Shown here piece by piece: positions 28,554-40,364 of a stretch of DNA of 64,000 bases. The position numbers and the translations under genes were made by a program. Below the pieces are notes generated by a model. That model saw only the letters and a program-made list of their open reading frames with translations. It was not told the DNA's origin and made no database searches. Every line of letters starts with the position of its first letter. Positions within the stretch are counted from its first letter, which is position 1. Where the stretch lies: contig OZ024740.1 of assembly GCA_964016885.1 (NCBI GenBank), positions 235,042,001 through 235,106,000 of the forward strand. Direction: 5' to 3'. The DNA is from Eledone cirrhosa. Taxonomy: Eukaryota.

Positions 28554-28555
<2 letters not shown>
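27771..28555. mobile_element. retrozyme/Penelope-like element: tandem copy (period 378 bp) plus inverted copy, with minimal hammerhead
   Basis: TAAAGTTTT(G/C)GCTCCGACAT at 27771 and 28149; 28264-28555 is the reverse complement of ~27874-28180; minus-strand hammerhead motif at 27970-28008; flanked by (TG)n and (TA)n. Confidence 0.75.
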
Positions 28556-28584
<29 letters not shown>

Positions 28585-28588
<4 letters not shown>

Positions 28589-29215
28589 TACAAGGATCGG
28601 AATTAAGAGAATTCCGCAGTTCACAGTAATAGTAATAATATTAGCTCAAAGAAGAATAGAGAATTTTCTTCAGAGCTCAAATGCAAATATATTACAAATA
28701 GAAGTGTGTTACACAGTGAGATGTGTGTAAAGAATTATTACAGGTGAGTTTTACCGTTACTGTATAGAGAACAATATCTACAGGTTTAGCAATTAAATAG
28801 AAAAAAACTAAGTCAGAATCAAATCACTGAATTAGAGTTTTAAATTACCAACCTTATAACTATAAGTTTGCTGATACGAATCTCGTTCGTTTCACCACCG
28901 ACATGTGCAGTATAACAGTTCACAGGATCCTCAGTCAGCAAATGTGGAAACTGTTCACGACACATCTAACCTCGTGGATAGAGAGAAAGCTAATATACAC
29001 GCTGCCCAGAGTAGGGCAAAATCAAGTGTTATTTGCATCAAATAACGGGTCTCATGGATTGGGGAAAATGCTAGAGAGGGCAGCCCAACCATTGGAATTT
29101 ATTAGCTCAACATTTGGAGCTCGTTAAGTACAAGGATCGGAATTAAGAGTATTCCGCAGTTCACAGTAATAATAATAATATTAGCTCAAAGAAGAATAGA
29201 GAATTTTCTTCCGAG
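28585..29215 (-). mobile_element. non-coding retrozyme-like element, ~1.17 units of a 540-bp monomer
   Basis: ~90-bp direct repeat at 28585 and 29125; TA runs on both sides; no credible ORF; internal hammerhead. Confidence 0.75.
28867..28942 (-). ncRNA. type I hammerhead ribozyme (intact core)
   Basis: Minus strand TTTGCTGA-CTGAGGA-TCCTGTG...CACA...GGT-GAAA-CGAA CGAGA TTCG-TA-TCAGCAAA: perfect 8-bp stem I, CUGANGA and GAAA boxes, stem III, GUA cleavage triplet. Confidence 0.85.
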
Positions 29216-29266
29216 ATATATATAAAGTGAAAACTTGGACGGGAACAAAAACAGAGAAGCAGACAA

Positions 29267-29297
<31 letters not shown>

Positions 29298-29318
29298 CGT
29301 GTGTGTGTGTGTGTGTGT

Positions 29319-29399
<81 letters not shown>

Positions 29400-30000
29400 T
29401 GCGTGCGTGTGTGTGTGTGTGTGTAATCGGAATGTCGAGTTAAAAACTCAATAATCCCCTAAAATCAAATAAGCTCAAGGAACAAACTCCGAGCTCTTTA
29501 TAAAACATAGTAAGGATATAAATACATATAATTATATGTGTCTGATAATAGGGGATATAAAACCACCAGGGCGAGGAACATATAAACTACGGATGGAACG
29601 GAGTATATAAATTAATTAAAAGAATAAATCAAAGTGTACAAACCAGCCATTATAACTACTAGAAGAAAATTCACCCTTCGTGTGGTTTTCTGCTAGCATG
29701 TGTAGTGTGCATGTTGATATTATACGCAAATATACATGCATGTACATCAAATAAAGTCGTAATTGACAATATGCACAGAAATTAAAGAGAGACTGTGTTA
29801 CACTGGCTTCTGTAATCAGTAAAGTAATCCATGATACATTTAAAAAAAGACAATATTATATATAAACTGCATTACGGCAAAATTTTATGAAAGCGAAAAA
29901 GGAGAAAATTAGCGACGGAATTATAAACCTTATATAATGATGCAAGTATATGAACATTTATATAAGCGATGTTATATAGCGTCCATTATATTATAACATT

Positions 30001-30186
30001 GCGGTGGATTCGCAGTATCGGTAGAGGGTCGGACGCCATGCTTTCCAGCATAGTTACGTCCCTTTACGATCTGAGTTCAAATCCCGCCGAGGTTGACTTT
30101 GTCTTTCATCCTTACGGGGTCGATAAAATAAAGTACCAGTAATGCACTGGGATAATCGCTGGTCTTGTGCCTAAAGTAGAAACAAT
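30001..30186 (+). mobile_element. tRNA-derived SINE, family A
   Basis: Full-length; TSD ATTATAT(T/C)ATAACATTG. Confidence 0.92.
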
Positions 30187-30622
30187 TATATCATAACATT
30201 GACATTTGAAAATTTTAAAAGAAGTGAATCATGAAATAAGCAATACAATTATTTATATTTAATCAAGAGTTACGAAATTTAGTACATAAATTATGTAATA
30301 TTCATTCATTAGTTATTCAAAGTAATCCCACTTATTTAACTAACGGATAAAAAAAAAAAATTCAGGACACAGTCTCGCACTCCTCCCTTTATTATATTAT
30401 GATAAAGACCCTGACATAGGATTATGTTTCGTTATAATATGCAAAGAATTTACAATATAAAGGTAGCACTTCAGCGAGTGTCCCTGTAAATATGAACTTC
30501 ACATCTTGAGAGAGAAGAAATAATTAGAGGTACACTTGGATTCAAGAGAGGTGCCGAGTAAGTTAGTTAGCACAAGGTGGCGTATATATATATATATACA
30601 TACATATCGGGAATTTTACCCG

Positions 30623-30693
<71 letters not shown>

Positions 30694-30834
30694 TTAGTTT
30701 ATGAGGTAGGTTTTTCATTTTAATTTATCCTTTTAATTATTATGTTTCTCCTATACTTCTATTAGCTCATATTCTCTTCAAGCTGGTGGTTGAAATCCTG
30801 TAATGAAAACATATATATATATAAATATATATGT

Positions 30835-30870
<36 letters not shown>

Positions 30871-30872
<2 letters not shown>

Positions 30873-31038
30873 GGAGCTTCTACAGGACTAGTACTGTTTC
30901 ATTCAGATGAAGATTTCATCTGAATGAAACAGTACTAGTCCTGTAGAGGCTCCTTCTATAAAATAAAAAAAATGTTACTCTGCCATGTATTGAGTACCTT
31001 ACTTACTGTGGTTATCCCCGACTCAACCCGGGACCTAC

Positions 31039-31040
<2 letters not shown>
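30871..31040 (+). mobile_element. hammerhead-containing foldback element in (TA)n
   Basis: Palindrome 30871-30956 folded within the core: TGAAGA-TTTC-ATCT-GAAT-GAAAC-AGTACTA-GTC-CTGTAG; terminus TACTCTGCCATGTATTGAGTACC matches reverse complement of 24405-24470. Confidence 0.75.
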
Positions 31041-31123
<83 letters not shown>

Positions 31124-31447
31124 ATATATATAGGGGTGCTGACAGCTAGGTATTTTACCGGGAATTAATCATGTCATATTTTGAAATGCTTCGATTTTTG
31201 AAGTTGTCTTTTGCAAACCAGGTGATACAATCTAATCCATACATAAGTGTAGGGACAATGTAAATGTTATAATATACCTTAGCTTTAACTTCAATCGGAT
31301 TTCAAAAAGCGTTCTCTTTAGATAAAGGCTGCCTATTCCAATGCAATTCTGTGGTTCACAGCAACCTTGGTATTTTTTAAGTTTATGTCCTAGATAAACA
31401 AAGTTGTGATGAGCTCAGCAAATAAACAATGAAAGAATGTAAGTTAA

Positions 31448-31679
31448 CCTCAATACTGTCTTGATCGACTTAACCCTCAATACTGTCTTGATCGACTTAA
31501 CCCTCAATTATGGATGAAACAAAAAAACAACAAATTTTTTGTCAGGTATTGGTTACTATGCGGTGTGATGGGGCCCTATTTAGTTGTCATGAATTTGGGC
31601 TCATGACCACTAAATAGGGCACCATCACACCATATATCATTCATAATGGAGAGTTAAGTCGATCAAAACAGTATTGAGG
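31448..31679. repeat. foldback/MITE-like palindrome with a duplicated 27-bp end
   Basis: CCTCAATACTGTCTTGATCGACTTAAC twice, mirrored by GTTAAGTCGATCAAAACAGTATTGAGG; inner arms GGTGTGATGG.GCCCTATTTAGT / ACTAAATAGGGCACCATCACACC. Confidence 0.8.
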
Positions 31680-32022
31680 TCGTGAGTTCGATTTCCGGAT
31701 TGGGCTGCGCGTTGTGTTTTTTTAGCACGACACTTTATTTCATGTTATTCCAGTCCACTCAGCTGGAAAAATGTGTACCACCAGCAGCAGCTACAGTTTA
31801 ACCCTGCGACACACTGCATCAGAGGGAATCATTCGCCTGTAGTGTCACTAGTACCAAGATTTTCCCTTTATGGACAACATTTATAGCGTGGAGAGTGGAG
31901 ATTGGTATGTATGAACGATTGCTGGACTTCCACAAAACACCTTTGTAACTGAATTCTTCTATGTTTTACCTGGCGGTGATTCGAAATTGAATCTAAAAAT
32001 TCTCACCTCTAAAATCACCTAT

Positions 32023-32690
32023 TGTTAGGTGTTCTTACCATTGTCCTCTTAAAAAACAACTATGATAACTGTTATATACCACTTGACCTGTGACCCCAGG
32101 CACTTGACAGACGATAGGCAGATGGTCTGGTTATTGTCTCAAAAACCATATAGATGTTCTTCTAGCTATAGTATTCTTATAAATACAAGCGCTTCAAGAA
32201 CAGAATTAGAGATAGTGGCTAACACAGACGACAGAAGAACCGTTCTACTAACACTATGGATTCTCTTCACGAATACAGTCTTCTAGTTATTATTCTCTCA
32301 CATTTCTTACTCGTTCGACAGACAGACAGTGAATTAGAGAGATGGACTGACTGCTACTACAGAAACCACGTTTGCTAGGGATTAACACACACACACAGTA
32401 GGTTTCCTTCTATTGTCCCTTATACACTTTGTCTATCCTTTTGACTTCCTGTCATTCTCTACTACTGTAAAGTACAACACACAACTTCTACTGTATCATT
32501 TTCTTTGATACATGCATTCACGCTAGCTCGAAGTAGCTTGTAAAAAAACTAATGTAGAGATAATTGTGTCACGATTTTATTACTCAATCTTCGATGTACC
32601 AACAACTGAATTTTATTATTACAAAATAAACGTTGTCAACAACATCACAATTCTTCTTCATCCTGCGAAGAATACATTTTAAAAGTTACA
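32023..32690 (+). mobile_element. possible LTR
   Basis: TGTTA...GTTACA ends, internal TATAAATA and AATAAA in LTR order, followed by TGG (PBS-like); no second copy or TSD found. Confidence 0.35.
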
Positions 32691-34051
32691 TGGACGTGAC
32701 CCTATCGCAACACATTGCTCAGATTTACGCCTTAGAAAGGAACATTTCTGGTTCCATTGATGGAAATCGAAAGGTGACTTACCTAACTGATTAATGTGGT
32801 GGTGATCAACCTTCACAGCTATTGATTTCCGTTGAACAAATGGAGGTGAGTGATACCGAAGTGTAGCTCTATATATCGCTATAGCTGAGAATTGAAACCA
32901 TGCTGCTTGCATTGCATTCGTTTTAATTTATCTTCAAAAGTACGATGACAATGGACCTTCGTCGGTTTTGACGATGAATGTTCCAATTCTTAGATCCACG
33001 GAACGGCCTGCTCATGGAATAAACGTGTGTAGTTACGCATTTCTCAGACACGTGTTTACTAAATGTAGTTCTCAGTGAGATTCAGTGTGACAGTGTGTGA
33101 CAAGGCTGGTCCTTTGAATTACAGGTACAGGGCATCCGTTTTCGTACAGTTTCCGTCAACCCAATATCACAAGACATGGGTCGACCCGAGACTATGGTAA
33201 ATGATACATGCCCAAGAAACAAATAATTGCCAAGTGAACTTCCTAACCATTCGGTCATGCTGTGTTCACACCCGTCAAAAGTATTCACTATGATATATAG
33301 GTTATTACAGCACTTATCTTGGACAATTGTCTTTATCAAAGCCTCAGGTCAAACTCAAGCCTTTTGTAGAAGCCCATCGAGTGGATTGTACTTGTAATAC
33401 AAAGGTCCAAACTTGTCATATATTGTCATGCTAATTCGGCTTGGGAATTACGTTAAGGGCACTCGTGTCTTTGGAATACTCAACTATATGCGCATCAATT
33501 CGCAATTTCAGTTAATCGAACGACTTAATGTTCATCGTAGAAACTAACGGAGGACCCGTCATAAGTTTTATTGTTAATGGTGATGTTGACAGTGGTGTTG
33601 TTATTGCATTGGTGTTTAGCCACGGGTAGCAATGGTTGAGCAGACATCTGATCAAAGGTGTTCCAGCCATAATCATCCTGTCTTTTATTATTTAATGTGC
33701 CTTAGTCTTTTTTAAAGGACTGTAGGTGATATTTGAGGAAGATTAGGCTACTGTTTCTAGCATGTCCAGTGACCACATAGAGGCGCCTTCGTAACACATT
33801 TTCTTGTTATTAAGCTCCAGGACAGAACTTATAAAGCAGACCTATTGTCAAATATGTTCCAGCCGTTACCATCCTGTCTTTTCGCAGACAGTATATCTTT
33901 GACTACATTATCGAATGTCTCTTTTTTTAAGACAGTAAAGTGTGTTTTGAAGGAAGATTCGCTACTATGATTTTCACTTAATTTTTAAAGTAGTCAGGAA
34001 TTTGGAAGAATTTAGTGACATAACTTTCTCATTATTAATTAGGTATATATA

Positions 34052-34243
34052 GGGGCGGTGGATTGACAGTATAAGTAGGGGGTCGGACGTTATGCTTTGC
34101 AGCATAGAGTTATGACCCTTTACGGTCTGAGTTCGAATCCCACCGAGGTTAACTTTGTCTTTTATCCTTACGGGGTCGATAAAATAAAGCACCAGTAATA
34201 CACTGGGGTAATTGCTGGCCTTGTGCCAAAAGTAGAAACAATT
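34052..34243 (+). mobile_element. tRNA-derived SINE, family A (a 5'-truncated copy follows at ~34283-34468)
   Basis: A/B boxes and tail; flanking ATTAATTAGGTATA duplicated. Confidence 0.88.
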
Positions 34244-34489
34244 AATTAGGTATAGACGGCATAATGTTACCTCTCTTTACTTTCTGAGTTCAAATCCCGC
34301 CGAGGTTAGCTTTGCCTTTCATCCTTACAGGGTCGATAAAATAAAGTACCAGTAATGCACTTGACTGCTTTTCATCCTTCCTAGTACCAGTTAAGTACTG
34401 GAGTCGAGATAGGCGACTTCTCTCTTCTCCCAAATTGCTGTCCTTGTGCCAATGTTAGAAACAATTATTAAGTTGGTGTTTGGAACAAC

Positions 34490-34810
34490 TTAACAGTGGA
34501 GATTTCTGGTGCCCGTGGCTCTAGGGCCTCGCTACTCACCTCCATTGGCACGGAGTTGGCTACCCGCAAGTGTGGGCCTCGCTAGCTGGAATGACTCTTC
34601 CAGCGTGTCTCCATTACCATCTTCCGGGGAAACGCTTTCTTTATTCTGTCCGCCGAGGCCGAAAGGGGCGGTGGGCGCGTGGGTCCCCATTTGCTTATAA
34701 TAGTGAGACATGGGGAGAGTGGGAGAGACGGAGGCAGTGTCAGTGGGAGTTTGGTTCCTTTGTGCTCGGACCTGGTGTATATGTATATGTTTCGCTTAAC
34801 AAAGGTTCTT
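34490..34810 (+). mobile_element. CRE-clade RLE retrotransposon 3' fragment
   Basis: Decayed VE.SG...LFQRVSITIFRGNAFFILSA; 3' UTR similar to reverse complement of 37270-37345. Confidence 0.65.
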
Positions 34811-35236
34811 AAATAAAATTATGGAAGGCTAATTGAAGGTTTTTTGATAAATATAAAGTTTTGTATCATAGAATCGGGGGCTGTTTCAGGGGGTTTGTCA
34901 ACAAAAGGATTAAAGGAAAGGACATGTTGTGATTTGAAGAAGAATTGACTATAAAGGTTTGTTCGTTGGCTGATGTTGATGTGGAGTAAGACGATAGGGG
35001 TATTGGAGTGGTTTGTTGCTGGTTAGTGGTAGGGTTGATATTGGTGACGATGATAAAACTGGTAACGTGTGTGTGTGTATGTTGTATATGGGAGTGTTCT
35101 GAGCGTGTGCCTGTGTGTCTTTCTGCATGCGTGTGTTTGAGAGTATAGTATGCGTATGCGTGTGTGTCTATGTGCGCGCGCGTGTGTGTGTGTGTGTGTG
35201 TGTACATCAATGTGTGTATATGTGTGTGCGTCTATA

Positions 35237-35280
<44 letters not shown>

Positions 35281-35307
35281 CGCGCGTGTGTGTGTATGCG
35301 TGCGTGC

Positions 35308-35377
<70 letters not shown>

Positions 35378-35710
35378 TTACTGCCTTGGTTATAAAGAGT
35401 ATTCCATTTGGCATTGTAAACAATGCATAGAAATAGGTCAAGGCATGGAGATAAAACGATGGTCTGAAGTGGGGAGGGGGCTGGTCGACAGGCCGACAGG
35501 CAGGCAGACGGACAGACAAAAAGAAAAGAGATAGAAAGGATTGGTGGGAGGTGTAGGAAGAGGAGTAATGGTCATATCCTAAAACTGTCTTCGTTACATA
35601 ACTGGCAAAGCCGCCATCACCACTACCACTTACCCATGATTGGAGGGATGTTAGAAAGTGTGGGAGGAGGAGTGCTGTGCTGATAATTTGAAGCCGAAAA
35701 ATAAAATAAT

Positions 35711-36093
35711 TGTTTCTACTTTTTGGCACAAGGCCAGCAATTACACAGTGCATTACTGGTACATTATTTTATCGACCCCGTAAGGATGAAAGGCAAAGTT
35801 AACCTCGGCGGGATTTGAACTCAGTCCGTAAAGGGACGTAACTGTGCTGCAAAGCATGGCGTCCGACCCTCTACCGATACTGCCAATCCACCGCCGAAAA
35901 ATAAAATAATTGTTTCTACTTTAGGCACAAGGCCAGCAATTACCCAGTGCATTACTGGTACTTTATTTTATCGACCCCGTAAGGATGAAAGGCAAAGTCA
36001 ACCTCGGCAGGATTTGAACTCAGATCATAAAGGGACGTAACTGTGCTGCAAAGCATGGCGTCCGACCCTCTACCGATACTGCCAATCCACCGC
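35711..36093 (-). mobile_element. head-to-tail dimer of family A SINEs
   Basis: Two full copies (35711-35894 and 35911-36093) with GCCGAAAAATAAAATAAT present three times. Confidence 0.93.
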
Positions 36094-36899
36094 CGAAAAA
36101 TAAAATAATGTATTTAGACAGGGGATGAGAGGGGAAGATTAGTAATGTGTGTGTGGGGGGGGGGGTGTCTGGATCGGTTGAGGAGTGTGATGGGAACATG
36201 ACAAACAGAGAGTGAGTGTGTAAGAGAGTGGGTGAGCGAGAAAGTGGGTGAAAGTGAGATGGAGAAAGTGGGTGAGTTAGAGTGACTGAAAGTGGGTGAG
36301 AGAGAGAAAGAGAGAGAGAGTAGTGACAAGCGGGTTAGACGCGGTGGAAGGATGGACTGAAGAGAATGGAAGAGGTGTGAGGAATATAGTGAGGTTGTTG
36401 CAATGAAGAAGGTCAACAGGAGAGAAGAGTGGGATAAGTAAGAAAGAGAGATAAAGGAGAAAGAGAGAAAGTGAGTATGAAAGAGATAAGGAGGCGGCAA
36501 ACTTAGATGAGAGAGGGTTTTAAAAAAGTGAGATGATAGCAACAAATTAAAGAAAACAAGACAGATATGAGCAGGAAGAGAGAGGGGGGGGCGTAAAAAG
36601 GACGGAGAAAAAAGAATTGGGTGAAAAGAAAAATGAATAAACAAAAAATTAAAGATATTGTGAGATATAGTTAAATAAAAGGGTAGATTGAAAGGGGGTA
36701 AAAACGAAGCAAGGGTAGATTGAAATGGGATAAAAACGAGGCGTATAAAGACAGGTTTATAACAAAATACTAGGTGTGTATGAATGTAACAAGGAGACGT
36801 GGTTTGTGTGTATAATATTTAATTAATAATTTGTGGATATATATAGAACAGTATAGTTGACATGTCAATGAATAGATGAAAGAATGAAGCAAAGTTATT

Positions 36900-37062
36900 A
36901 GTTACCGTTTTGGTTGCCTGGCAGAAGACGCCTGGCGAAGGCCAGGCGCCGGAAAGGCAAAATGAGAGAGAGAGAACTTAAAGTTGTTAGTTTTATAGGG
37001 TTCTGACCGGAAGTTACAGAAAGGGTTCTACTTCCTGTCTAGAGAGCGTTAATCTATTGGGG
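36900..37062 (-). promoter_or_regulatory. candidate Pol II core promoter with short first exon
   Basis: Minus strand: CCAAT, two ETS-type GGAAGT sites, CTATAAAA, TCATTT Inr-like ~30 nt downstream, then CG|GTAACT donor-like site. Confidence 0.35.
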
Positions 37063-37249
37063 TTGTGAGTGTCACAACAAGGGAGGCAACTCCTGCTACA
37101 GGTTAATGAAGAGAAAGACGTCATGCTATTTTCTTTATCTTTATGTTTGACTAAATTCTTGGTTATTTTTATGTAATCTTATCCTAGAAATAAAAGATCC
37201 TATTTGATAGGTGTCAAGCGAAAATAACATTATAAATAGTAAATATGAA

Positions 37250-37630
37250 AATACACTCTTGATAGGTGCAATGTGTCCGAACACAGAAGAGCCGAACTCC
37301 CACTGTCATCACCCCCATCTCTCTCGCCCTCGCCATCTCTCTAAATAGTGACAGAATGCCCGGCGGACAGAATGGAGTAGGCGTTTCCCCGGAGGATGGT
37401 AAGGGAGATGCGCTGGAAGAGCCATTCTAACTCGCGAGGCTCACACCTGCGGCTGGCCAGCTCAGCGCCTATGGTGGGGAGTAGCGAGGTAGCCCTAGGG
37501 CCAAGGACACCAGATGTCTCCACTGCCAAGGGCACGACCGCAAACCTATCAGAGACCGATCAATACTTGGAGAGTTTGCCTTCCTTAGCCCGACGTGCAG
37601 CAACAGAACCTGGGTTAGTTAAGGAAAAGC
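37250..37630 (-). mobile_element. CRE-clade RLE retrotransposon 3' fragment
   Basis: KYxxVSDRFAVVPLAVETSGVLG...WLFQRISLTILRGNAYSIL, the xRGNA-ending RLE domain of CRE elements. Confidence 0.75.
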
Positions 37631-38114
37631 TTAGATTGAAATGGGGGTAAAAACGAGGCGTATAGAGACATGTTAATGAAGAGAAAGACGTCATGCTACT
37701 TTCTTTATCTTTATGTTTGACTAAATATTAAATACTTTGTTATTTGTATGTAATTTTTTCTTAGAAATAAAAGATCCTGTTTGATAGGTGTCAAGCGAAA
37801 ATAACATTATAAATAGTTATAAGGTGATGTAGCGATATACAGATATACATATACATTTGTATATACATGGTTGATAGAAGACGTGGGGTGAAATATTACG
37901 TATCTAGCTACACATGCACACACACACACACACACACATATACTCGTGTACATTTATGCACACATCACCACACGGATTTTCTGGAATGTCAAAGGTATCT
38001 TAACTATAATCATGCCTAAATGTAGCGTTCGGTGCTTCCGGCTTAAAGTTCAATCAATTTTCCTGATTGTCTGGTGGTGGTGGTGGGGGGGGGGGGGGGT
38101 TTCAGTCATTCATC

Positions 38115-38198
<84 letters not shown>

Positions 38199-38257
38199 CT
38201 ATGTGTGTGGGTGTGTGTGTGTGTGTGTGTGTGCGTCTGTGTGTGTGTGTGTGTGTC

Positions 38258-38317
<60 letters not shown>

Positions 38318-38319
<2 letters not shown>

Positions 38320-40045
38320 ATCATGGCTTGGCTTCGCGAACGAAGATTATGAAGTGGGTGTCCACATTGACTGTTGGCCTGCTCGTGGCTGTTTAGGTGA
38401 ATGTGGGACAGGCAGGCACAGCCACAGCGGATACACCTGAAGGTCTGATCAGGGTGTGATGTCTTGGTGTTGTGGTTCTTCCTGCCGTGACTGCAGGGTA
38501 GCTCCGTGAGTGTTTTCAAAGGGAGATAGCATGTTGAGACACCGAGTGTCTGCTAGGGTGGACCACCTGCGATATGATAGGCACCAAGCGTTGTTTTCAA
38601 ACAGTCCTTGTATGGTTTCCTTGGTGTCCCCTGTCACGATGATCAGTGGAGAGTTCGCTGTACAGCGTGATCCTGAGCAGGCGATTATCCTTCATCCTGG
38701 AGGTGTGCCTTGTCCAGCGTAGTTGGGATTTCAGCAACATGGCCTCGATGTTGGTGACCTCCGCCCGTTCAAGGACTTCAACATTGGTGACAAAGTCTCT
38801 CCAGTGGATGTTGAGGATGGTGCGATGACAGCGCTGATGGAAGGTGGTGGTGATTAGTGATCCATGACTCTTAGATATATAGAAACGGGGTAAGGATTCC
38901 AGCTCTGTACACTCTGATCTTGGTACCCTTTGTAGGTCACTACAATTGTAGTGACCTACACCTACCTCTGGTGTTTATTGTCCGAAGCGCGTTTGTACGG
39001 TTTGCCAAATGCACTGCTCGCCTTTGCCAGCATGTTGTTGATTTCCCTGTCGATCTTGGCATCTGATGTGATGGTGCACCCTATGTAGGTGAACAGCTGA
39101 ACTGTTTTTATTTCAATCTCGTCAATGGTGATATGGGACAGGTGGTACTCTTCCTGGAGTGCAGGCTAGTGGCATACCTCTGTCTTCTTTAAGCTGACTT
39201 CCAGCCCAAGGAGCTGGGTAGCCTCTGCGAAGCAGGAAGTGATGCGCTACAGGGCGTTTCTGTGTGGGCAACAAGAGCAGTATCGTTGGAAAAAAGGAGG
39301 TCTCGGATCAGTTGCTCCAGGGTCTTCGTGTGGGCCTGTAGTCGACGAAGCTTAAACAGGCAACCTTGCCTCACTCTGTTGATGATCGGGAAGGGCTCTG
39401 AGAAGTCACTATTCAGTTTGACTTGCCAACTCTAGTCTTCGTGTAGTTGGCTGACCATGTTCAGGAATTTTAAGGGATAGCCGAGTTGTTCCATGAGCTG
39501 CCACATTCCTTTTCTGCTCACTGTATCGAATGCTTTAGTTAAGTCAACGACCGCCACGTACAACCCTTTATTTTGCCGTCGGCACTTCTCATGGATCTGC
39601 CTAAGAAAAAATATCATGTCTGCAGTGATCCCGTTGACTCTGAAACAACACTAGCTCATGGGAGGTATTTTCTTCTGCGATGGTAGGTACCAGGCCATCT
39701 TCAGTGCTCATTGCACTGTCCAGAAATCATCAATTCTCTGCATTCTTCAACAGTCAGTAAAAACAAAGCTGGATGAGGTGCCCACCATTGAAAATACCAC
39801 CAAAGCCATAGAGCAGCTAAGGAATGGCAAAGCAGCAGGAGTCGATGGAATTCCACCTGAGATTTGGAAGCATGGGGGGCCAGCACTACACACGAAACTC
39901 CACGAGCTCTTCGTATGTTGCTGGGGGCAAGGCAATCTCTGCAATGCAGTCATCATCACCTTTTACAAGCACAAAAGGGAAAAGTCAGACTCTCAAATTA
40001 CCAGGGGATTTCTCTCTTCTCTGTCACAGGAAAAATCCTTGTAAA
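38318..40045 (-). mobile_element. RTE (BovB-like) LINE with 5' inversion
   Basis: 38318-39685 minus: DMIFFLRQIHEKC, VDLTKAFD, IRDLLFSND, terminal CxRC..H finger, (TGA)n tail; 39690-40045 plus: upstream RT part [15 protein letters not shown]...[15 protein letters not shown]. Confidence 0.88.
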
Positions 40046-40051
40046 AGAAAA

Positions 40052-40158
<107 letters not shown>

Positions 40159-40167
40159 TAGATATAG

Positions 40168-40323
<156 letters not shown>

Positions 40324-40364
40324 CAGTCTTGAAACATATACACATACATAAACACACACACACA

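Noticed and set aside
30001-30090. tRNA-like sequences with A and B boxes
   Set aside because: They are heads of multi-copy SINEs with tails and TSDs, not standalone tRNA genes.
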